64,000 nt of DNA from Oscillospiraceae bacterium (GTDB lineage: Bacteria; Bacillota; Clostridia; Oscillospirales; Acutalibacteraceae): positions 62,973-126,972 of the forward strand of contig SVPY01000002.1 of NCBI GenBank assembly GCA_015065615.1, in the 5' to 3' direction. The notes beneath the pieces are model-generated. The model was not told the origin of the DNA, did no database searches, and saw nothing but the letters and a program-made list of their open reading frames with translations. Below, one piece after another: positions 35,452-44,483 of the stretch. Each line of letters opens with the position of its first letter. The stretch's first letter is position 1. The position numbers were made by a program, and so were the translations under genes.

Positions 35452-36357
35452 ATGGAAAAAAGCAAACTTCCTTTAAACGCAATATTGGCTGCTGTTTTGT
35501 GCAATATTTTATTTGGCACCGCCTTCCCTATGATTAAAATCGGATATGAACTTTTTTCTGTAGGGAGCAGTGTTTTTGATAAAATGCTTTTTGCAGGCAT
35601 CAGGTTTACCGTGGCAGGATTGCTGCTTATATTGTTCAGCACATTAAAAAATAAAGCTGTGCCTACCTTCCCTAAAAACAGATTTCCCCTTATTTTACTT
35701 ATAGGCTTTATATATACAAGCCTTCAATATTTACTTTTTTACGTAGGTCTTTCAAATATTTCAGGTGCTTCAGGCTCCGTTATAAGTTCTTCTTCCGTAT
35801 TTATTACAGTTATTTTAGCCCACTTTATTTATAAAGCGGACAGAATTAACGTTTATAAAATAATCGGTGTAACAGTTGGCTTCGGCGGTGTGCTTATTGC
35901 TGTGCTTGCAGGCGAAAGCTTTGAGGGCAGCTTCAGCTTTATGGGCGAAGGCTTGATGTTCGTGGCCGCATTTACCGCGGTTATAGGTTCATTTATGAAT
36001 AAATACGCCACAAAAACGATAGCAAGCAGCACTGTAGCTTCCTATAATTTATTTTTCGGCGGTATATTTTTAACCTTAATAGGACTTTCGGGAGGCTTTA
36101 GTTTAACTTTAAAACCCGAGGGAATTTTGGTGCTTCTTTACTTATGCTTTATTTCCGCCTTCGGCTACACGGTACAGAGCCACCTTTACAAAGAATATAA
36201 CGCAAGTAAAGTAAGCTCCTACAGCTTCGTAATTCCGGTTTCGGGAGCGATTTTCAGCTCCTTATTCCTCGGCGAAAATTTACTCAGGTGGGAATACCTT
36301 CTGGCGCTCCTGCTTGTATCGGCAGGTATTTTCGCAGTAAACTACAAAAAAGCTTAA
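35452..36357 (+). CDS. EamA/DMT-family transporter
   Basis: 301 aa, 10 TM, two EamA-like repeats. Confidence 0.8.
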   Translation: MEKSKLPLNAILAAVLCNILFGTAFPMIKIGYELFSVGSSVFDKMLFAGIRFTVAGLLLILFSTLKNKAVPTFPKNRFPLILLIGFIYTSLQYLLFYVGLSNISGASGSVISSSSVFITVILAHFIYKADRINVYKIIGVTVGFGGVLIAVLAGESFEGSFSFMGEGLMFVAAFTAVIGSFMNKYATKTIASSTVASYNLFFGGIFLTLIGLSGGFSLTLKPEGILVLLYLCFISAFGYTVQSHLYKEYNASKVSSYSFVIPVSGAIFSSLFLGENLLRWEYLLALLLVSAGIFAVNYKKA

Positions 36358-36371
36358 TATTATCCGAAATG

Positions 36372-36407
36372 AAAAATGTGCAGAACCAAAATTCTGCACA
36401 TTTTTTT
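36372..36407. terminator. Bidirectional terminator
   Basis: aaaaATGTGCAGAAccaaaaTTCTGCACATttttttt between convergent genes. Confidence 0.8.
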
Positions 36408-36422
36408 ATTTACTTTGTTCAA

Positions 36423-37727
36423 TTAAATAACACCGTTATTAATGCAATCGATAAAGAATTCGCTTACAATTGTGTTTGCCCATGCAAACCATACTCTTGT
36501 GAACTCGTAGTGGTTATCTACGTTGAAGCCCTCGTGCATATACCACTGGTCGGCGTGTGTTGTCATAATAAAGTCAAGAAGCATCTTCTTTTCTGCTAAA
36601 TCATTGGTTGTAAGGCCCTGCATAGCAAGTGCGATATGCCAGATGTAGTTTTCGGGAGTATGGGGGCTACCGATACCCTTAGCCTGTGCACCTTCGAAAT
36701 AGAAGGGGTTAGCCTTGGAAAGAAGCATCTTTCTTGTGTTCTGATAAATCTCATCGTCAACAGAGCAGTAACCGAGATAAGGAGCGGAAATAAGGGAAGG
36801 CACGTTGGCGTCATCCATAAAGAGCACGTTGCCGCGGCCGTCTACTTCGTAAGCGTAAACCTTACCGAATTCCTCTGTATCGATAATACCGTACTTCTTG
36901 ATACCTTCGTCGATTTCGGCGCTTAATGCCAAAGCCTTGTTTGCAAGCTCTTCGTCACCGAAACCGGCTTTTACCATTTCAGCCATTTCTTTTAATACTA
37001 CAACCGCAAACATATTGGAGGGTACAAGGTAGCCGTAGGTGCAGGCATCGTCGCTGGGGCGGAAACCTGACCATGTCATACCTGTGTAAGCAACGGGGTT
37101 ACCCTTACCGTCATTATGGAGTGTATCGCAGTAGGGGCAATTGTAACGTGTGAAGCGGTAAGGAGAATTCTCATGATTCTGCTCAACCTTCCAAGTATTC
37201 AAAATAAGCTCCATAGCCTTCTTGAATTCCTCAGTAAACATAGAAGCATCTTTTGTGATTGTGTAATACTGGTAAGCTAAACGAACAGCATAGCAAAGGG
37301 AGTCGATTTCGTACTTTCTCTCCCATACCCAGGGATCCATATCGGTAATATCATCGGTATGACCGTGGCCGTTGCCCTCAAAGTTGAAAGCGTTTGCGTA
37401 AGGGTCCATTAATACGGAGTGCATCTGACGTGCAACTACCTTACTGATAACGGACTTGATCTCTTCGCTGTCGTTCATAATGGGAAGGTAATTTTTAACC
37501 TGTGCGCTGGAGTCACGAAGCCACATAGCGGGAATATCGCCTGTAATAACGAAAGCGTCGTTTTCGCTTATTTTAATTGTGGTAGTCCAAGTATTAACAA
37601 AAGTATTGTTGAAAAGCTTTTTCATATCCTCGTTATTTGTTTTAGCGAGAATCTTATCCATATACTCTCTCATTGCCTTGGGAACGGCATTTGTAGGTGC
37701 AGGCACCTTCTTAATATTAAGCATCAT
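36423..37727 (-). CDS. Glycoside hydrolase family 125 (metal-independent exo-alpha-1,6-mannosidase type)
   Basis: 434 aa with no signal peptide. GDIPAMWLRDSSAQ and an (alpha/alpha)6-type sequence pattern characteristic of GH125/DUF1237. Confidence 0.8.
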   Translation of the reverse strand: MMLNIKKVPAPTNAVPKAMREYMDKILAKTNNEDMKKLFNNTFVNTWTTTIKISENDAFVITGDIPAMWLRDSSAQVKNYLPIMNDSEEIKSVISKVVARQMHSVLMDPYANAFNFEGNGHGHTDDITDMDPWVWERKYEIDSLCYAVRLAYQYYTITKDASMFTEEFKKAMELILNTWKVEQNHENSPYRFTRYNCPYCDTLHNDGKGNPVAYTGMTWSGFRPSDDACTYGYLVPSNMFAVVVLKEMAEMVKAGFGDEELANKALALSAEIDEGIKKYGIIDTEEFGKVYAYEVDGRGNVLFMDDANVPSLISAPYLGYCSVDDEIYQNTRKMLLSKANPFYFEGAQAKGIGSPHTPENYIWHIALAMQGLTTNDLAEKKMLLDFIMTTHADQWYMHEGFNVDNHYEFTRVWFAWANTIVSEFFIDCINNGVI

Positions 37728-37794
37728 AACAGTTTTATCCTTTCGAGCACTTTATTTAATTTTATTATACTAATTTAATTTCCGCTTGTCAACA

Positions 37795-39222
37795 TTAAGG
37801 CTTTAGCATAATTTCAGCCGCGGCAACTGCCGCTTTGGGAAGAATGAAGCCGTTTTTCTCTGTTGGGAATTCTTTAATATCAAAAACTTCCATATTCACG
37901 GGAGTGATTTCGGTTAAAATATTTTCGCTTACGCCGTAAAGCTTAATATCTTCGATCTCTCTGCCGCCAAAATCAAGTTTGATTTCCTCGCTCTCTGTAA
38001 AGCTTGTGTTGGCGATATGTAAGTAGACCTTATTCTCCGTCTTTGAAGCGGTACAGTCGATATTTCCGCTATAGTCAATATCCAGATATTTTTCGCCCTG
38101 ATGGTGGCTGAAAAGACTCATAACCGTGGCAACGGGCTGGAAGTAAGCTTTTTCACATCTCTGGGTCATTAAAATTGCGTTGACCTGCCATACATTACCG
38201 AAAAAGTCCGCCATTGTGGCAATATCGATAATATCGCTGTTGCGCATAATCACGTTTAAGCATCTTGCATAGGAAACGCCTGCACCCCAGGTAGAAAGCA
38301 CCTCACAGCGGTTTCTGCCGGGCAGGGCGTAGTGGCCTTCCGTCATAACAAGGCGCTTGTTTCCCCTATCCGCCCTCATTTTACCGATATGATTTTCAAG
38401 GGATTTATAGGCGTTCATTAAATGAAGCCACGTGTTTTCCGGGTCAATTCGGTAATCTGTTCCTCTTAAGGGAGAATTTTTAAGTCCTGAATCAAAATGG
38501 TGATGGAAAGCAAGGTAATCTATATTATCTATCTTGCTCATTTTCCTGCACCATGTATCGTCACCGCTGCCCTCGTCGCCCCAAGCTATAAGCTTAACGG
38601 TATTATCGGCTTCAAGCATCTTTTCTGCAAATTTCTTTGTAACTTCCACGCCTTTATCCGAATTATAACCCCGTTTATCATAGGAAGTTTCGTTGCCTAT
38701 CTGCCAATATTTTACTTTAAAGGGCTCAATATCACCGTGAGAAATTCTGAGCTTATTCTCGGGGTTATTGCAGTAATCTATCCATTCTGCCGCTTCCTCG
38801 GCTGTGCCGAATCTATCTTCGCCGTTTTCGGGGTATGCCCAGTGCATTCTGCCGTCCGACTCCATATTTACAACTATTAAAGGTTCGGAATCAGTGCGCC
38901 TGCAGAAATCCACCAGCTCCTTCGTGCCCACCTGATTATTATATATGCCGTCCCAGCAGTAATTTATCATAGCTGTGCGGCTTTTAAAGGGGCCTACCGC
39001 CTCTTTCCAGCGGTAATAAGAAGCAAAACAGCCGCCGAAACGCACCATTTTAGGCTGAAGCTCCTTAACTTTCTCGATTAAAGCAGGTTTCCAATCATTT
39101 TTGATAAAATCCCACGCGCAGTCAACAGAGGAATCCGCCGTGCCTAACGGCTCCATAAACTGCATATAAAGGTAAGGGGAAATACTGTGCTTTTCTTCTA
39201 AATTAATTTTAATCTCCGTCAT
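37795..39222 (-). CDS. GH51-like glycoside hydrolase (alpha-L-arabinofuranosidase family)
   Basis: 475 aa with no signal peptide. Aligns by eye to the GH51 pattern (YMQFMEPLG..., VRFGGCFASYYRWKEAVGP, YWQIGNE acid/base motif). Confidence 0.6.
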   Translation of the reverse strand: MTEIKINLEEKHSISPYLYMQFMEPLGTADSSVDCAWDFIKNDWKPALIEKVKELQPKMVRFGGCFASYYRWKEAVGPFKSRTAMINYCWDGIYNNQVGTKELVDFCRRTDSEPLIVVNMESDGRMHWAYPENGEDRFGTAEEAAEWIDYCNNPENKLRISHGDIEPFKVKYWQIGNETSYDKRGYNSDKGVEVTKKFAEKMLEADNTVKLIAWGDEGSGDDTWCRKMSKIDNIDYLAFHHHFDSGLKNSPLRGTDYRIDPENTWLHLMNAYKSLENHIGKMRADRGNKRLVMTEGHYALPGRNRCEVLSTWGAGVSYARCLNVIMRNSDIIDIATMADFFGNVWQVNAILMTQRCEKAYFQPVATVMSLFSHHQGEKYLDIDYSGNIDCTASKTENKVYLHIANTSFTESEEIKLDFGGREIEDIKLYGVSENILTEITPVNMEVFDIKEFPTEKNGFILPKAAVAAAEIMLKP

Positions 39223-39686
39223 TTCACGTATCCTTTCTCCTTTAAATATTTTAAAAATCCCTCAAGGCCCTTAGTTACGTCCTCTTTGGTTTTTGTAAAC
39301 TCCCCCGTGTACCAAGGGTCGCTTACTTCGCTGGTACTGCCGATAAATTCCAGAAGCTTAAAAATTTTCTTATCGGGGTCAGCGCCGTAAATTCTTTGCA
39401 TATTCCTTATGTTGTACTCATCCATTCCAATGATAAAATCGAACTTATCATAGTCGCTTTTTACGGTCTGAACCGCTCTTTTTCCACTGCAGTCAATTCC
39501 CATATTGTTTAAAAGCCTTCTGACGGGAGGGTAAACGCCGTTACCTATCTCCTCGCGGCTCGTTGCCTTGGATTCGATATAAAAATTCTCCCTTTCCCCT
39601 GTTTTTTCAATCATATCCTTGAATATAAACTCCGCCATAGGGCTGCGGCAGATATTGCCGTGGCAGACAAACAAAACTTTAACCAT
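39219..39686 (-). CDS. Low-molecular-weight protein-tyrosine phosphatase
   Basis: 155 aa. CX5R P-loop CHGNICRSP at the N-terminus and a DPW/Y loop. Its stop overlaps the GH51-like start (ATGA). Confidence 0.85.
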   Translation of the reverse strand: MVKVLFVCHGNICRSPMAEFIFKDMIEKTGERENFYIESKATSREEIGNGVYPPVRRLLNNMGIDCSGKRAVQTVKSDYDKFDFIIGMDEYNIRNMQRIYGADPDKKIFKLLEFIGSTSEVSDPWYTGEFTKTKEDVTKGLEGFLKYLKEKGYVK

Positions 39687-39844
39687 AAAACCACCTCTTT
39701 TAAATTATTTTATCATAAATTTATTTCATTTGCAATTATTTATCTGCAAACGCGTTAAAGGTGAACGTCACGGCGTCGGAGGCGATTTGCTTGCAGATCC
39801 AAGGCACTCCTACAATTTAATCTTTAAACCTCATCAAATCTCAA

Positions 39845-39995
39845 GGGAGACCCTGAAGGGCTCCCCTACATGGGGAAATATTTAAGATTTGGTTGTAGGG
39901 TTGATTCATGAATCGACCGCAAGATTACCGTATGCCTGAAGGGACGTTCGTGAACGTCCCCTACAAAAAGGACAGGAGTAAATCCTGTCCCTACG
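39845..39995. repeat. Cluster of four GTAG-headed GC-rich hairpins (REP/BIME-like), three in minus and one in plus orientation
   Basis: Minus strand: cGTAG-GGACAGGA/TCCTGTCC (39995-39970), TGTAG-GGGACGTTC/GAACGTCCC (39965-39941), TGTAG-GGGAGCCC/GGGTCTCCC (39870-39845). Plus strand: TGTAG-GGTTGATTCA/TGAATCGACC (39894-39918). Confidence 0.6.
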
Positions 39996-40032
39996 ATGTA
40001 ACGTTCAAAATACAATTTAAAATTCAGATTCA

Positions 40033-42660
40033 TCAGGAGTTTTTGAGCCAGTCGGGGACGTTTTCGCTTAATGATTTTGAATAAATAAGCTGAATGCCGC
40101 CCAGCACTCTTTCGCTCCATCGGCTCTCTTCATCGTCCCAGATATTTCGGTCGTCAATAATCACGTTCCAGACCGTGGAATCTTCAGCGCTATAGTAGAA
40201 GCTGCTTCTATAGTAGTGAGCCGAATCGCCCTCCGATTTACTGTGGGTAAGATTCCATGAATAAGTAGGCTGGAAGAAATCCATAGCCTCCTGAACGTCC
40301 GTTTTGGAAGTAATATTCTTTATGATTGCTATTTCGCTTTCGGTAAATACGATTTTAAGGTCCGTTAAGCGGAACACGTTATCAATCAATTCAAAATGAA
40401 GCTCTAAAGGAGCATCGCCGTAGTATGCATCGGCATAAATATCCTCTTCGTCGCTGCTCCACTCCTCATATTTTAAGGTGGAATTTTTTACCTCCTCGGG
40501 AGTGAGAAGCAATAAGTTTGCAAGGGGAATTTTAGCAATCTCCTCGTCGGGTACAACGGGCATAAATACTTCACCCTCAGGCTGATATCTGAATTCCCGT
40601 GAGCCGTTGGTAATAACACCGCCCGATATAGTGTAGCTTTTTTCGTTGGTGGCTGCAAAATGAGTGACCCTTATTCTTACGCCGCTATCAGCCTGCTCGG
40701 CTACCACGAGAGTTACGTAGCCTACGTTACCGAAAGGATTAAAGCTGCAGGAAGAACCCAAATCGTAGCGCTGCTTCCACTGGTTCATTGCGTTTGCCAC
40801 GCAGTAAATCTTATCCTCTTTACCGTCGCCGTTAAGGTCAACTATCTCCGAGGTTACGAAACCGTGGCGTGACTCAAAGTGGCTGTCGAGTTTACTGTAT
40901 ATTTTCTCAGGCTCACCCGAAACCGTGAAATCGCTGAGATTGGGGTTTTCATATTCTGCCGATTGATTCGTTGCATTAGCGCGGGCGTTCTTCGTTGAAG
41001 CATCTGCAGTAAAGCACAAATTATAATCTTCTTCCGTAAAATCCGAATTAAGGCTATAGAGCACGTAAAGGTCGTAGCCATCCTCGTATTTCTGAATTTT
41101 CCACGTAGCATCCGAAATGCCCTGCTTCATAATGAAGGTGTGAAGCATAGCGTATTCAACGGTGGAAGTAAGTGAACCTACAGGGCCGCAATAATCAATT
41201 TCGCCGAAAAGTTTTAAAAGCTCCTTGGTGTAGGCGTCCTTATATACGTCCTGGTCGGGCTCCCCATCCTCATTATAATAATGAATGGAGTCGTTTACTA
41301 TATTAAGGGAGATGGAGTTTATAATCTCGCGCCAGCCTTCGGCATCATTTGCCTGAGATGCGTATTTTTCTGCAAGTCCGTAAAGCTCTTTATCCTCGCA
41401 ATATTCCGAAAGGGTACGGGCGTTTTCCGCCGCGGCATAAAGGCTTATATTAAGAGTATCCAGAGAACTTTCCAACAATACAATATGGGAACTTTGATTT
41501 CCGTCCAGAAGATCCACGCCCAAAGAATATATGTTCAAATAGCAGGGCATAAGCTTAATGCGCTTATTAAGGGACCGACTTTCCTCGGTGGCAACGTCCA
41601 CAGCCATTAATAGAGCGTTTATAAGGGGGTTGCCTGCCGTAATACCGTCCTTTATTTTGTCTATCAGTTTTTCGTCCAGATTAAGTATGTAATTTGTAAT
41701 TATATTGTTCCACCAGGAGGAATAAGCCACCTTAATAAGGTTTGCGCCGTCATTAAGTTGCTGTGTGCCCTCTTTACCCTCGCCGCCAGTGGTGGTGAAA
41801 ATCATATCGATTACTTCCATCTTGTTATTGTTATCGTGGGTAAAGGCAACGTAATTGGATGCATACAAGGCACCGTCGCTATAAAGCTCAAAAGCGGTGA
41901 AGATCTCGTCGTAGCCGTCGATTAAAATACCTAAAACGTCCAAACCGTAATTTACGTACTTATGTATCTGATCAGCAACCTTTGCCGTTGAGGATTTTTC
42001 CAATAAGAAACCTTCTAAAATATCGTAATAATCGGATGCGTTACCGCCGTATTCATCTTCAATATTAACGCCCTCAAGTATCATTTCACCTAAGTTATCG
42101 TCGGTGCATTTTAAAGCTTTTACTACCTTACTGTCCCAGGAAAGCTCCATGCATACACTTGAATAGGAAATATTGTAAGAAAAAACGTCCAACTGTTCGC
42201 AAACATCCCAGTAAGACCATTCGTCGGGTATAATAGCGAGGCAGCCGCCGTCGTTACCGCATTTTACGTTCAGCCAGGGGAGTAAATCAGCGCCCGAAAA
42301 ATACCACTCGCCGTCTATTTTCACGGGAGGATTGTTCCATTTCCAGTCGGTATCAAGTCCTGCCGCCTTTACGGTAAATTCATCGTCGCTTAAGTTTATT
42401 ATAACTTCCTTGGCGCCGCGGGTAAACACAGCCTTCTTGCCGTCGTTTTCATAATCGTAATAGGTGTAGGCAAAAAGGTCCTCACCCGAAAAATAAATAT
42501 CATCACCGTAGCGGTAAACGGAAACTTCGTCCACGCTGCCGTCATACATCAGGTTTATTTTTGTGGCTGTAAGCACTTTTTCATCAGCATTAACAGGCAG
42601 AATAACCGCGCTTAAAGTAAGAGCCAACACCAAAATTGCGGAAATCAAACGCTTAGTCAT
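40033..42660 (-). CDS. Large secreted protein of unknown function
   Basis: 875 aa. Signal peptide MTKRLISAILVLALTLSAVILPVNA. One calcium-binding-like DLNGDGKEDKIY loop. Otherwise unassigned. Confidence 0.6.
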   Translation of the reverse strand: MTKRLISAILVLALTLSAVILPVNADEKVLTATKINLMYDGSVDEVSVYRYGDDIYFSGEDLFAYTYYDYENDGKKAVFTRGAKEVIINLSDDEFTVKAAGLDTDWKWNNPPVKIDGEWYFSGADLLPWLNVKCGNDGGCLAIIPDEWSYWDVCEQLDVFSYNISYSSVCMELSWDSKVVKALKCTDDNLGEMILEGVNIEDEYGGNASDYYDILEGFLLEKSSTAKVADQIHKYVNYGLDVLGILIDGYDEIFTAFELYSDGALYASNYVAFTHDNNNKMEVIDMIFTTTGGEGKEGTQQLNDGANLIKVAYSSWWNNIITNYILNLDEKLIDKIKDGITAGNPLINALLMAVDVATEESRSLNKRIKLMPCYLNIYSLGVDLLDGNQSSHIVLLESSLDTLNISLYAAAENARTLSEYCEDKELYGLAEKYASQANDAEGWREIINSISLNIVNDSIHYYNEDGEPDQDVYKDAYTKELLKLFGEIDYCGPVGSLTSTVEYAMLHTFIMKQGISDATWKIQKYEDGYDLYVLYSLNSDFTEEDYNLCFTADASTKNARANATNQSAEYENPNLSDFTVSGEPEKIYSKLDSHFESRHGFVTSEIVDLNGDGKEDKIYCVANAMNQWKQRYDLGSSCSFNPFGNVGYVTLVVAEQADSGVRIRVTHFAATNEKSYTISGGVITNGSREFRYQPEGEVFMPVVPDEEIAKIPLANLLLLTPEEVKNSTLKYEEWSSDEEDIYADAYYGDAPLELHFELIDNVFRLTDLKIVFTESEIAIIKNITSKTDVQEAMDFFQPTYSWNLTHSKSEGDSAHYYRSSFYYSAEDSTVWNVIIDDRNIWDDEESRWSERVLGGIQLIYSKSLSENVPDWLKNS

Positions 42661-43132
42661 TTACACTCGCCTCCATTTCCTGAATAAACATAGCAGTTAA
42701 GGTGCCGTAAAAATCCCTTACACCGCAGGAAACGGCGTCTAAAAACTCATCCGTGTATTTCACGGTTTCGCCGTTAACCCTAAGCTCATACTGAACGCTC
42801 TCCGCTTTGCCGGACATAAGCTCAATAAGTTTATTATTCAAAGCTTCGTCGCTGTATTCTTCATCGCTTATTAAGTTAAACCATTCTATTGCATCCGAAG
42901 AAACGTCGGGGGCAGTAACGGTAATAAGAATGGAATTTTCCGTCACGCTATCTAATTTAAGCTTAACTTTTTCCGACATCTTCTTAGTAAGTTCTGAATC
43001 CGAATCAAAAACCTCTGCCCGAATTATGGATACGTAGTCAATTTTATTTTCTTCGCTGTCCCCTGCATTACATCCCGTAAGGGTAAAAAGAAATAACAAA
43101 CCTGAAAGCAGTAATAAAATAAATTTTCTCAT
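42653..43132 (-). CDS. Lipoprotein of unknown function
   Basis: 159 aa. Signal peptide with lipobox LTGC. Its 3' end overlaps the start of the 875-aa gene by 8 nt. Confidence 0.65.
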   Translation of the reverse strand: MRKFILLLLSGLLFLFTLTGCNAGDSEENKIDYVSIIRAEVFDSDSELTKKMSEKVKLKLDSVTENSILITVTAPDVSSDAIEWFNLISDEEYSDEALNNKLIELMSGKAESVQYELRVNGETVKYTDEFLDAVSCGVRDFYGTLTAMFIQEMEASVND

Positions 43133-43256
43133 AAGTTCCCCCCAAAATCTAACTTTAACGATTTTAGTATATCACCAAAAATACAGTGAGTCAATAAAGC
43201 AAAAAGACGGCGAAGAATAAAAATAAAGGGCGCAATAATAACAGCCCATTAGCAGT

Positions 43257-43293
43257 ATAAATAAAACGGCTCCCACCGCAAAGTGAAAGCCGC
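43257..43293 (-). terminator. Intrinsic terminator closing the glycan operon
   Basis: Minus strand reads CGGCUUUCACuuugcgGUGGGAGCCG (10-bp stem including two G-U pairs) followed by UUUUAUUUAU. Confidence 0.6.
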
Positions 43294-43301
43294 TAATAAT
43301 T

Positions 43302-44474
43302 TTATTTACTTTTGATAATCCTTTTAACAATTCTTTTGGCGCGGGAAATCACTCTTTTAATAAGGGAAGGCTTTTTCTCTTTGAACCAATTTTCGCAAAG
43401 GGCAATATTTCCGTTTCTGATAAGCTCAAAAGCTTCTTCACGCCTTGGGTTTGGCTTTATAGAGTTGATTACGGCGCTGTTCTGGGCTAATGCGTCCGCT
43501 TCGCTTACCTCTTTAAAACAGATTCTACCGCTTATTTTTTCGAATACCTTTCTGCCCGAATCGGAATTCAGGAACACCAAAGACGTCCCCTTGTTATCGT
43601 CCATTTCGGGGAGAACGTCCCATACGCCCCAGAAATCGCCCAAAGTAATATCGCTTTTATGATTATACCCTTTGAACTGACAATTTTCGCAGGATTTTCT
43701 CGTGATATATCCGCCGACAAAAAGCTTCATAAACAGACTTTCGTGAGATTTAAGCTCCGATTTTTTGCCGTTTCCGTAATCAAAAAGATTTGAATAAGCG
43801 TACCTGCTCCAGCCTGTATTTTTTGAGCGGAGATTTATATTTTCAGGCAGTACGCCCTCGTTATCAAGCCTTGCGCGGTACTTTATATATTCCACCCAAG
43901 CCATAGGCGAAGGCACGCTGTGGCAAACCACATCCACCGTAAGCAAATTTTCATAATCTTTTTTCAAAAAAGAAACAAGCCCGCCAACCTGACATGGAGT
44001 GCCCGAAAAAAGCACCTTCTGCCCTTTTTCAAGGCGTTCCTTTACGTTTTTGAAGGTATCGCCCAAATCGCTCTGGGAATATTTGGCGCCCCGAAGCTTA
44101 TTAAGCTCCGTTTCATTTTCGGCGCAAATATGCCTTACCGCAAAATTTTCATCATACGCGGCACCGAAAACCGCGCCATTTTCTTCAAGGATGGTTCCCG
44201 CAATCTCGCTGAAAACACCTCCCGAGGTGCTTTTTATTCTTACGGCATCATCTTTTGCGTACGCCGCATAGAATTTCGGCTGAGCGCTTTCGCTTTCATT
44301 CTTATTCATTACGGGGCAGGTCTTTTGGCAAAGACCGCAGGAAATGCACCTACCGGTATAAATTACAGGACGCAAAAACCCCTTTTCATCCGCCTTGAAA
44401 CTTATGCAATTCACAGGACACACAGCCGCACAAGCCGTACACCCGGTGCAGAGTTCAAATTTACAAATCTCCAT
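43302..44474 (-). CDS. FrhB/FdhB-like (coenzyme F420 hydrogenase/dehydrogenase beta subunit family) protein with an N-terminal 2x[4Fe-4S] ferredoxin domain
   Basis: 390 aa. CTGCTACAAVCP and CISCGLCQKTCP cluster motifs. This family recurs in polysaccharide loci next to pyruvyl transferases. Confidence 0.7.
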   Translation of the reverse strand: MEICKFELCTGCTACAAVCPVNCISFKADEKGFLRPVIYTGRCISCGLCQKTCPVMNKNESESAQPKFYAAYAKDDAVRIKSTSGGVFSEIAGTILEENGAVFGAAYDENFAVRHICAENETELNKLRGAKYSQSDLGDTFKNVKERLEKGQKVLFSGTPCQVGGLVSFLKKDYENLLTVDVVCHSVPSPMAWVEYIKYRARLDNEGVLPENINLRSKNTGWSRYAYSNLFDYGNGKKSELKSHESLFMKLFVGGYITRKSCENCQFKGYNHKSDITLGDFWGVWDVLPEMDDNKGTSLVFLNSDSGRKVFEKISGRICFKEVSEADALAQNSAVINSIKPNPRREEAFELIRNGNIALCENWFKEKKPSLIKRVISRAKRIVKRIIKSK

Positions 44475-44483
44475 TTTACCGCC

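Noticed and set aside
39219-39686. Using the LMW-PTP as evidence for a Wzc/BY-kinase-regulated capsule pathway for the 43-61 kb locus
   Set aside because: No BY-kinase or Wzz-like gene is present in the window. The phosphatase is co-oriented and overlapping with glycosidase genes, not with the glycan operon.
39619-40120. ORFs of 88 aa (+) and 84 aa (-) spanning the intergenic region
   Set aside because: They run through the GTAG-hairpin repeats and into the neighbouring real genes. They lack RBSs and have odd composition. The region is better explained as REP-like or terminator structure.
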